From: Octopus vulgaris | Lineage: Eukaryota | Reading direction: 5' to 3' | Length of the DNA: 64,000 bases | Assembly (NCBI GenBank): GCA_951406725.2 | Contig: OX597826.1 | Span: forward strand, 19,468,001 to 19,532,000 | Shown here: positions 40,170 to 50,770 of the stretch, piece by piece | Layout of the letters: the number at the start of each line of letters is the position of its first letter | Numbering within the stretch: position 1 is the stretch's first letter | The notes under the pieces: model-generated | What the model was told of the DNA's origin: nothing | Databases searched by the model: none | Seen by the model: the letters and a program-made list of their open reading frames with translations, nothing else | Made by a program: the position numbers and the translations under genes

Positions 40170-40258
40170 GTGCAGCTGAAGATTGCTCTGCATTTTAAAT
40201 TGATGTAATGATTTCATTGTTCAATTAAATGGAGTTGCATGAAACGATCGTACTGCAT
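40170..40258 (+). ncRNA. Type I hammerhead ribozyme in PLE terminal repeat
   Basis: GUGCAG-CUGAAGA-[long stem II UUGC..GCAU]-GAAA-CGAUC-GUA-CUGCAU. Stem I GUGCAG/CUGCAU, palindromic stem III, GUA cleavage triplet. Confidence 0.8.
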
Positions 40259-40726
40259 TACCTCAGGATATCCTTGTTGCTTATTTTGATTATATATAAA
40301 TTGATAAATATCAGGAGAACAAAGATTTACATATCCCGATTTTATTATACAGTTAATCACATCTTTCTTTGTCAGTACCTACATGTGTTTTTACTGCAAG
40401 CCAGTGCACATTGCTGATTATGCATCTTGGTGTGCAACTTGGCATTAATTACCGGTAAAATATCAGGGTAAAATTTAACTATATTTCAGATACCATCTGA
40501 AAAGAATATTAGCCAAACCAAAATTGTTCACATGTGTGATGTTAGTGTTACTTAAAATAGCCTTATATTTTGAACTTTTCAATCTGGCTTGTAAGAAATA
40601 AAGCTACATGCTATCTGAAATTAGGTCAATACTCTCTAATGTATTTAAGTTCCTTATACCTATTTAAGCTTTACCATTCCATCAGTGTAAAATAGTATTC
40701 TTATTTTATTCAGTGTATCAAGTTAC

Positions 40727-40787
<61 letters not shown>

Positions 40788-41159
40788 CTATTGGTGTATT
40801 ATTTATTTGCTAATTTAGTGCTACAGTTAATTTTATTGCACTTATACTTCTTTTTCCACTCTTTAAAATTAAGTTTAATTTATGTAGGAGTTTATATTCA
40901 ATTAAGTTGTTTATTTGCTATAGTTTACTTAATTCTAATTCTAATTTCAGTGTTATGTATCATGCAATCATTTAAATCGGTTGAATGTCTACTTCAATAG
41001 GTGAACACATGTCAGTGCACTTTCTCGGCTATGGTTTCTTGATTTATATTTTGATGTAAGAATTTGGTAAATTTCTTCTATACACAATTCATACAACAGA
41101 TCAACATATGTAAGTAAATTTTTTATCCATTTTCTTATTTAAAAAAGGGTTTACATATA

Positions 41160-41192
<33 letters not shown>

Positions 41193-41458
41193 ATATAGAA
41201 TAATAATAAAAAAAGAACAAACAAGAAAAAAACAATAACGAGAGGACGTGGTACAAGTAATGTATTATCAAATGCTCAGGAAAGGAAGGAAAGTGGATTT
41301 AATGTTTTGAGCAAAGCTCTTGTTCAGAAATAGAGGAAAGGGCAAAGAAGGGAAGATGGAGGAAGAAAATCACCACTGATTCACATGTTGTTACATTTAA
41401 TGGGTGGAGTGACGTTAGAAATTTCGTAGTACGAATTATTGCTTGCGCTATTGGCATA

Positions 41459-42021
41459 TCTATATACATAAAACGGAGAATGTGTGTCTGTCTGTCTGTC
41501 TGTCTGTGTGAATCCCTCAAACTTGAGAACTACGTGACCAATTTCATTCAAATTTTACACATGCCTTACTTAGGGTTCATGGGGTGTCATGGGCAAAAAA
41601 ATTTAACTTCTTGCCTAGGGCGAGCCCACAGCAATATCATATCTTCTCTACTATTTCAGTATTACGTGTCAAACGTGAAAGAATGTCAGATACTTTCACT
41701 TTAATACTGAAACTATTAAAATGAAGCTATTATATAACAGGGATGAACTGTAACTGGACATCCATTCTGCTAAAAGATCCACTATGGTTTTATATGCTAT
41801 ACCACTGGTTTTAAATTCATTCTAATCAAATTAATATTCAATTTTTCACCCTTATTATTTTAAATCTAAATTTACATGTATGTCTATATATATATATATA
41901 TAGAGAGAGAGAGATGTATACATATAGATGTATATATATAGATGTGTATATATAGATGTATATATATATATACACATGTACGTGTAATATGTACACACAT
42001 ATATACATATATGCACCCATA

Positions 42022-42064
<43 letters not shown>

Positions 42065-42452
42065 AGGTGCAGGTGTGGCTGTGTAGTAACAAACTTAGTT
42101 CCAAAACACATGGTCCTCAGTTCAGTCCCACTGTGTGGTAACTTGGCATGTGTCTTCTGCTATAGAATCTGACTAACCAAAGCCTTGTCAGTGGATTTTG
42201 TTGACAGAAACTGAAAGAAATCAATTGAATATATATGTATGTATATATGTAAGTCTATGTGTGTGTCTTTGTGTTTCTCCCTCATCACTGCTTCACAACT
42301 GGTGTTCGTTTATTTACATCCCCATAACTTACTGGTTTCACAAGAATAAGTACCAGGCTTATCGAAATGAGCAAAACACTAGGCAGTGACTCATATTTTT
42401 GTTTGCCCACTTAGTTGTATCTATCAATTTATCTTTGTGTGTGTGTATGTGT

Positions 42453-42490
<38 letters not shown>

Positions 42491-42784
42491 ATTTCATAGA
42501 CAGGAACTGAAACAAATCAATTGTATATATATGTATGTATATATGTAAGTGTATGTGTGTGTCTTTGTCTCTGTGTTTCGCCCTCATCACTGCTTCACAA
42601 CTGCAGGTCATTTATTTTCATCCCCATAACTTACTGGTTTCACAAGAACAAACTAATAGAATAAGTGCCAGGCTTATCAACATAAAAAAAGCACTATGCT
42701 GTGTCTCATATTTTTGTTTGCCCACTCAGTTGCATCTATCAATTTATCTTTGTATGTGTGTGTGTGTGTGTGTGCATGTATCTA

Positions 42785-42867
<83 letters not shown>

Positions 42868-44172
42868 CCCTAATGGGGGGGGGCTTAACTCCCAAATTTT
42901 AGTAATTTCTTTTATGATCCAAAACTAGGTCAAAAGTACTGAATGGATCTTTATGAAATTTGGAAATTATATTCTATGCAGAAGGGCCACAACCCCCATG
43001 AAAATTCATATATTTTTGCTGTTGATGAAATTTTAACCACAGATATTAGACACAAATGAAGTAATATTTATAAAATTTCATCTTATAAGTTAGAAAGACC
43101 CCTCCATGGGGACTTAACACCCACAATTTTGTCATTTTATCTAAGCAAAGACGAATACTGTTGAACTCTTGGAAGCTGCAGGGTCACCTGAGCATAAAAG
43201 ATGAGCAATATTTGTAATTCAATGGTACAACAGTGTAACACTTTGCTTTGACATACACTTACATTGTGATTTTTGCAATGTGGTGCATAAATTATCAAGT
43301 AAATGAGAGGCATCTTTGCCTCCACTGATTCAGTTGCAAAATGCTGAGTAAAGTTATTTGATTGCAGACCTCCTTTCAGTCTTTTTATTATCACTGGGTC
43401 ACACATAGACCCCAGATGGTAACATTGATTTCAAAGCCTTCCCAGATGAGAGACTGGTTATTCAAAGACATTTATAGATTGTAAACTTATTCTGTCCAGT
43501 TACGTATCAGTATAGTGGTCATTAGCAAACTCCAACTTTCATTTCTTCTTAGCCCTCACATCACACAGTTGCTAATGTTTATTTCAGTTGGGTCACACCC
43601 TTCCAATTGCTATAGATTCGTAATGCATCTTACGGCTGTGCCAGTCACCTGGACGGTGAGGAATACTACATTAGGAGTGGTAACGACAAGGGTAGGATAG
43701 CTGACTACTTATTGTGATCATTCGTCTTTTGGTTTCTTGTAGCTTTGCTCTCTTTCACAAACCCAGTGAACATATATTTCCTATTTCAAAGAAATTTAAA
43801 CAATAGATATAAAACTCAAGTTAAAACAGATTCTCAACAATTCAACTTCTCTGCTTGACATTAAGACCCCACCCCCAACAGGGGCCTTAACTCTCACATT
43901 TTAGAGCTCCATGACCTTCATTTATCAGGTACAAAATCCTTTTAACAGGTTCAATAAGACTGGAATTTTGGAATATGCGCATAAAAATCAGTAGTATGGG
44001 ATACATGTGGCATGATTACAATTTTTTTAGGGTGTGTAAAGGGGGAAATAACCCACATCTGCAATTTTGATGAAATTTGAAACAGATATTCCAGTTCATT
44101 ACAGAAAATATAACAGAAAAGTCTAATTCTTCAATTGCATGTAAAACAGGCAACGCCGGGTATCTCTGCTAG
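41459..44172 (+). mobile_element. Non-autonomous Helitron-like element with nested SINE and microsatellites
   Basis: 5' A|TCTATATACATAAAA then (GTCT)n; 3' ggcaacgccggg hairpin then CTAG|T. Repeated internal ggggcttaactccc-like motifs. Confidence 0.65.
42065..42780 (+). mobile_element. SINE family A copy plus about 300-bp tandem duplication of its 3' part and flank
   Basis: Head gtggctgtgtagtaa..agttcagtccc. 42193-42450 is repeated at 42488-42755. Confidence 0.75.
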
Positions 44173-44221
<49 letters not shown>

Positions 44222-44529
44222 GCTAATATAGCAAGCAACAATTCATACTACGAAAATTCTAACATAACACTCCACCCATTTTACCTATCCTCCAGAATTG
44301 GATAAGTTCTTTGGACATTGAGTATATGCACATTATGCATTACAGACGTATGCTCCCCTGAACTCATGCTAGATTACCTTACTACACAGATATATGTGCA
44401 TAGTACATATTTATGACATCACATGATTCACAGAAAAATTATGCACATATATATATGCATGTACTTATGAACTTACAGGCCCCTGGACCAAGTTTGGCAT
44501 CAATTATGAATAATATGCAAGATGCAGAT

Positions 44530-44568
<39 letters not shown>

Positions 44569-44821
44569 CTGACTGGTTTGACTGTTTCACTCACAATTGG
44601 TAGATCATAGATTTGATTCTCTGACTGACTAGCATGTTCTGTTCTTCAGCAAAACACTTCCTTTCACGTTGCTCTAGACCCCTTTTGATCAATGTGGAAC
44701 ATTGGCCTCCTCACCTAGCCAGCATGGTGGCATCATTTGGAGGCTAAAATAACACAAAAGCGCATTGTAATCAGTGATGTGTAACAACAGCTGATAGCCT
44801 GATTGATCATATACTCATGTA

Positions 44822-44877
<56 letters not shown>

Positions 44878-44914
44878 CTCTGTGTGTATTTTTATAGATG
44901 CGCATGTGTATATA

Positions 44915-45112
44915 CAGGTTTGGCCAAAAGTCACCCGACGGTAAATCAAAATTCCATTAACTTAATATTCAATTTTATTTATTCATTGCGATTATGAATG
45001 TTTAATCAACATTTGTCTACTTATTAGCGAAGTCTCATACAAAATAATTTTTGTTTTAATGTTGGAATTAAATGGCTTTGATTTACTGACAGGTGACTTT
45101 TGGCCAAACCTG
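44915..45112. mobile_element. Tc1/mariner-type MITE
   Basis: TIR caggtttggccaaaagtcacc / ggtgacttttggccaaacctg, flanked by TA. Confidence 0.88.
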
Positions 45113-45446
45113 TATATATATATCTGCATTTATATTTATAAAGATGGACATGCACAAATGTTCTCACATAAGATTATTAAGGACTTAAATATTTTATGGT
45201 GAATGTAATCCCTTGCAATAATTCAGAGCTAATGCAAAGGAGAGAGCAATTAAGATTTCCATATAAGTTACCTCCCATGATCTGCATATTTATTTTTCAT
45301 TTCTTTCAAAATCCCATAGTCTCGTGTAATTTCAGATATTCTCATCCAAAATGAAGATGAGTACCAACATTTCTATGTGTTACACTTGAAAATTGCCAAG
45401 AGATCTCTCTCTTCACATGAAACCATTAGCCTTGTTAACCCACAAA

Positions 45447-45511
<65 letters not shown>

Positions 45512-45548
45512 CAGACAGACAGACAGACAAAGAAAGAGAATTATATAT

Positions 45549-45597
<49 letters not shown>

Positions 45598-45819
45598 GGG
45601 AGTATTACTCCAAACTTACAGGGAAAAATTCAATTGAGTATTAAATCAAATTTCACAATATAATATATAAATGTATGATAGGTACCTGGTCCTAATGTTT
45701 TAAGCTTCAAATTTAGTTAATGGAGTTTCTTCTATAAGAACAATCATGATTTTATTTCTTTAAGAAATATTGTTTAATTCTATTTGCTTATTTATTTAAC
45801 TATTATTGTTATTATTGTT

Positions 45820-45921
45820 GACCTGAGGAGTGACTACAATTTTAAATTGAATTGTTTTTTTATTAAATTTAAATTTAATTGTAATTCGAATTTAAATTAT
45901 AGCCATGAAACGTACGTAGTC
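45820..45921 (+). ncRNA. Type I hammerhead ribozyme with long AU-rich stem II
   Basis: GAC-CUGAGGA-GUG..CAU-GAAAC-GUAC-GUA-GUC. Intact core, palindromic stem III ACGUACGU, 3-bp stem I. Confidence 0.72.
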
Positions 45922-46098
45922 CTTTTACTTATTATATATTGTTATTCATTTTTGTATTTTTTGTGATCTAGTTATATGTTTTAAAATATATTTTATTTTT
46001 TATTTATGATTTGGTTTATGTCTATCATTGTTTGAATTGTATAATAGTGTTTTTTCTCTAATATATATATATATATATATACATAATAAATACAAAAT

Positions 46099-46317
46099 AT
46101 ATTCTATATATAAGAGATAAGGAATTATGTACATTATTTACATTTGACGGATATATGTCCTCATCTTGTTTCTTGTTAACACAACGTTTTGGCTGATATA
46201 CCCTACAGCCTTCGACAGGTGTCTTGGGGAAATTTAGAACCTGGGTTCTCATTCCTAAGATATTTTTAGATGTTGTTGTTATTATTAATATTATTATTAT
46301 TATTATTATTATTATTA

Positions 46318-46349
<32 letters not shown>
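46099..46349 (-). mobile_element. HHR-bearing SINE family C, headless 3' copy
   Basis: Reverse complement of 47030-47175; degenerate HHR at 46178-46223. Confidence 0.75.
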
Positions 46350-46905
46350 GAGTGAAAGAGTAGTGCATACCATCAAAGTAACACTGGGGTAAAATATACG
46401 AAGCCCACTATACCCATCATGACTACCTGTCTGATAAGGGTACACTAGGCACATGCATCACAATCCTATGTGTGCAACATGGTGATCTCATATCAAGATA
46501 AACAGCACATGACCTTGCAGGTGGGAGCCCAGTTAGAATTTTCTTCTAGTCGAGTAAGCCATCCCACTCAAAAGGTCACTGAATAAGGGTTGTTTAAGGA
46601 TGTTGAACGAAATACCCATGTTTCCAGAGGGGAATTATTCAAACCCCAAAGAATCCTTCTTAATACATGGCTATGATGATCCCCCACCACTTCTGCTCGT
46701 GATCAGAGATGCACATATTGTCAGCCACTAAGGGACATGCTCAGCTGGTTAAGGTCAAACAACTGACAAGCAAATCTGTGGTATTGAGCAGAATATTTGC
46801 TGTAGCCCATCTTTTATACCAAGGCAAAACAATGTACATGATAACACTTCCAATCAGTTAAGATCAAAAGCCATGAAAGCCACTGCCTGGTACTGCATCA
46901 GGGCA
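46350..46905 (-). mobile_element. Unclassified non-coding retroelement with (AAT)n tail
   Basis: GC-richer 550-bp block ending, on the minus strand, in an (AAT)n tract. No ORF recognised. Confidence 0.4.
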
Positions 46906-46918
46906 TAATGGTGCCTGT

Positions 46919-47175
46919 GGGCATATGGCATAATTGTTAAGAGTGCAGGCTACTAACCCCAAGATTCTGAGTGCAATTCCAGGCAGTGACCTGTAATAAT
47001 AATAATAATAATAATAACAACAACAACAATAACGAAATATACTTTGGGAATGGAACCCAGGTTCGAAATTTCCCCAAGACACCTGATGAAGGATGGAGGG
47101 TATATCAGCCGAAGTGTTGTGTTAACAACAAACAAGATGAGGACAAATATCCATCAAATGTAAATAATGTACAAA
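46919..47175 (+). mobile_element. SINE family C: tRNA-like head + (AAT)n + minimal hammerhead tail
   Basis: 73-nt tRNA-like head at 46919-46991 with A- and B-box-like motifs; HHR motif at 47078-47123. Confidence 0.75.
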
Positions 47176-47187
47176 ATATGTTTCCAT

Positions 47188-47271
47188 ATGCTACTATTAG
47201 TTTCATGCAATGAAAGCATGGCTGACAGTATTTTTTAACAAGACTGGTATCTTAGAACAATCTTCAGGCAC
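47188..47271 (-). ncRNA. Type I hammerhead ribozyme in PLE terminal repeat
   Basis: GUGC-CUGAAGA-UUGU..GCAU-GAAA-CU-AAU-A-GUA-GCAU. A degenerate partner lies at about 48432-48514 (+). Confidence 0.7.
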
Positions 47272-47785
47272 TGCCCACATGGTATAGCAAGCTCAAATAG
47301 GATGATAGGATGAGAGAAAAAGTAACAAGGGTGAGAAAGAAGTAGATATAAATGGTGGAAAGATAAAAAAAAACAGAAAATGAAAAGAAAATCATAAAGA
47401 AGCTAAAATAGGTATAGTGAAATTATCATATAGCTGCTACCCTAATATGAAAAGCATCATTACACAAGAACGACACCAAGAGCTCACTCTCAGTTGTAAC
47501 TGTCAAGTCCCAGAAACCTGTCCACTCATCCAGGGATGTATGATTAAATCCATCATATATGAGGCAGAAGTTACAGCAATTCTAGATAATAACACAACTG
47601 AGAAGAGCTATACCAGACTATGAGAAGGCGACTTCAAAAATCGCTATGCTAATCACATATTTTCCTCCCAACACAGGGACAAAAGTAAAGCTATTAAGTT
47701 GGCTAGCCACGAATAGGATTTGAAGTCAAATGCCACAGCACATACGATAAAGTGGATAATAGTTGAAAAATTCACACCACATATA

Positions 47786-48058
47786 TGTTGTGTAGTGAAA
47801 CTGTACACCCCTCTCAGTAAAAAGTGGTAGGATGCAGGTATTATAAATAGACCAGGAGCCGGTCATCAAGTGCTGAGAGTTAAAGAGTTAAGAGTCGACA
47901 GTTTTAGTTGGTATCTTGTGGAGCTATTGGCGATAGTAAGACAGAAGAAGTTGGTGTATTACTAGTCCGGTATGAAGAGATACAACAGTATTCAATGACT
48001 AGTAACTATTGTGGTTACTAACATACAACAGCAACTACAGCACAATGGCAGTCATACA
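47786..48058 (+). mobile_element. Probable LTR fragment inserted in the PLE
   Basis: Interrupts the PLE frame; starts TGT, contains TATAAATA and ends near CA followed by TGGCAG (PBS-like). No TSD seen. Confidence 0.45.
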
Positions 48059-48597
48059 TCACACCAGTGGGAGGAACCCACTTTGCAACAGCATATCTGA
48101 AAGAACTGAGATCCTTTTCAGATTTGAGAACTTGATCACACTGCTGAATTCTAGATCCGAAATTTTCAACAGTTGTAAGCATATGACTAAAGTCCTGTTG
48201 ATGAATTGTAAAGTACCACCCTCTCTGAATTGAGCAGCTGTGCCACAGGCTCTAAGCCACTATCTTTTTAGCCTTATATCTTATGGTCAAATCTAATCCA
48301 CCCCTTTTGCTTTTTTCTCTTTTCTTTTTCATTTTCTGGATTTTCAACCTCCCACCTTTTTATATCAATTGTTCTCTTGCTTTTTCTCTCATTCTATCGT
48401 CCTATTTTTAGCTTGCAATACCATGTGGGTAGTGCCTGAAAATTGTGCTGAGACACCAGTCATGTTAAGAAATACTGTCTGACATGCTTTCATTGCATGA
48501 AACTAATATGAGCACATAAAAACATATACTGTGTTTATTAAATATCTCTCACCAGATGGAGTACTTTTTTTGTTGATCTTACATTACAGAACAGTAC

Positions 48598-48657
<60 letters not shown>

Positions 48658-49519
48658 GAAAAACGGTAGTTAGGATTTGGATAAAAACTATTTGTTTAGT
48701 GCTTTCATCCCTTTCAGGGATTCATCATCAAATCTCTGAAAGGGACGAAAGTGCTAAATAAATAGTTTCATAATGGTGGTGCGAAACTGAACTGCTACAA
48801 GTCAGTCAGACATCATTAGCAGACTACATTAGTGGGTGAAACCACAATAGACTGGGTCTAACCAATGTGATTCAATTTTCTAGAACTTTCTGCTTGTGCC
48901 ACTTTTTCTTTGCAGACTGTTGAGACCAGCTATCTCAGTCATACATCTAAACCTCTTGCAAGGCAGAATTTTGAAGTAGCTGCATGTTGTGTCTCCATTT
49001 TCATCACATTCAGCCAATTGGAATAGATGGCCGATAGTAGACAGGGATTTTCATCACCATGTATATAGCGCAATTATTTTCCAGCCACAAGTTACTGTAT
49101 CAGTAAGCTTGTAAACTCCAAGCAGTATGTTTCTCCCAGCATGTAATTATTTCTGTTAGTATTTGTAAAAGACCAACACAGTTAAAATATATGCCATAAT
49201 AAAAACTGTTAATTGTTCACATGTGTTGTCATATAAACCAAGAAATATATTTTTATTCAGCAACTCAACCTGTTACCATCACTTCAGACCAGCCAACAAC
49301 AACAACCACACCAACACGACAACTCATGATAGTTTTTATTCAAATCCTGAGTGCCTTCTTTTTCTTGATATATTAAATCTGTACATCACTGGAAGCAATC
49401 TGAATACATACATGCAACCCCCCACACACACACACACACTCACTCACTCACTCACTCACTCACACAAACATATACGCACATATATGCATACATATGCATT
49501 TATACATGCTTATGTGGGG

Positions 49520-49990
49520 TGACTGAAACAAAATATATTTTTTACAAATGTTCACTACCTTACAAAAACCATATCAGCTAAGCAAATGGTCTTCCCTAAA
49601 TGCATTAAGAGCATTGATCACTATTTCAGAAAATTATTGCCATTCTCTTTGAGCATTTAAAAGACAAATTTAGACAGGGCAAAATGAGTAAGGCAAGATA
49701 ATGTAAATTTGTTGCTTCAGTTCTCCAGAAAATAAACTCAATACACATCAATATCCATCTCCAGACATCAGAAATGCAAAAAGAAAAATTTAAACATCTA
49801 AGTCAAATGAAAGAGGATCGGGGGAAAATGGCACATGATATGAAATTAAGGAAACTTGATCAAAAAAAAAATCTCAACACAATATATTCTCTATTGCTTC
49901 TTCACAATCTGCTGGAATGTCCTCTTCATGATATATTTATACATTATGCAGTTGAAGTGAAGAAGTTATTAAAATTAATCATTACTCAGT
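49520..49990 (+). mobile_element. Degenerate repeat, probably a DNA-transposon remnant; inverted relative at 52400-53080
   Basis: For example gtcaaatgaaagaggatc..aaaatggcacatgatatgaaattaa matches the reverse complement of about 52490-52540. Confidence 0.6.
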
Positions 49991-50498
49991 TTACTTCATT
50001 TTAAACATTTTTTGAAAGATGGATTAAACATAAAAGTGGAAAAAGAGGAACAATGAAAAAAAAAAGAAAAGAGAAACACAAAAAAGAAAGAAAAGGGGGA
50101 AAACACTTGAAAATGATCAAATTAGTTACCAGTGTGGGAAAAAATTGACTTGGAATCCAACTGAGAAAAGAATATTGATTGTTACACACTGAAAATTCTC
50201 CAGATAGTTCATTAGCAACTTTCATTACAATCTGGTGAAAGTTGAGGAAAGATTTCTTGAAAAAAGAGGACCTGTTACCTCTGCTTCAGACTCCTAAAAC
50301 TTCAACAACAAAACTATTCTGACCAATTTTTACTCCTTAAAGATAATGCAACAATACAAAATGATGATGTAATACATGCAATGTAATCGTTTCAAACAGG
50401 TTGGGAGACAATAACAAGAAATCAGAAATTATTCATTTTGCCCAGTTACTAATTTTTCCCCCACACCTATGTCTGTGTGTGTGTGTTCATGGACTCAC

Positions 50499-50770
50499 CT
50501 GTCATAGATGACAGATGTGGATTCTCCAAGTTCTTGCTGAACAAGCTGCACAGGTGATTTGTTTTATTGTGATCAAATCTTTGAGCTGTAAGTTAGCTTA
50601 CTCCCTTCATCAACTCAGAACTGCCTGCACACCTGATGTTGAAGTGACGGGAAAAGTTGTTTTGGCTAAGAACACAGCACACTGCCCTCTCTGGGCATCT
50701 CATGATCGTGAGTGCAACACCCTATAGTGGCTGAAGGTTGAGTTGATAAATAATGCTGGTTTGAGTAAGG
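50499..50770 (-). other. Candidate 5' exon of the Sushi-domain gene
   Basis: Unique sequence with a strong donor CAG|GTGAGT at 50499/50498. It ends ATG ACA G (phase 1, compatible with the CCP exon). Possible acceptor atgcag near 50771, or it may extend to a TSS around 51.1-51.2 kb. Confidence 0.4.

Larger units (their letters stand above)
33400..40295 (-). mobile_element. Penelope-like element (Naiad-type) with long 3' region and inverted terminal-repeat copy
   Basis: ORF fragments VPADKTGNLY, LKDHKKNFQDNPTVRLI, PENFDIGMGSSD, GGLYRDG, VNFLDATL, VNKLSNHP, CNCRVKSCCPLLG*C, YIYFG, KWEII, CELC. Segment 33520-34460 is inverted at 39775-40293. Confidence 0.85.
47180..48530 (+). mobile_element. 5'-truncated Naiad-type PLE (GIY-YIG end) with inverted terminal-repeat copy
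   Basis: KLSYSCYPNM..CNCQVPETCPLIQGC..IIYEAEV..FKNRYANH..IKWII and LLNSRSEIFNSCKH. 47180-47400 is inverted at 48310-48525. Confidence 0.82.

Noticed and set aside
41295-41340. HHR-like GAGC-ttt-GCTC hairpin on the minus strand, similar to 60325-60360
   Set aside because: Both core halves are mutated; at most a decayed PLE remnant.
48915-49102. Possible plus-strand exon (tttttctttgcag acceptor, gtaag donor)
   Set aside because: No recognisable protein and no other support.
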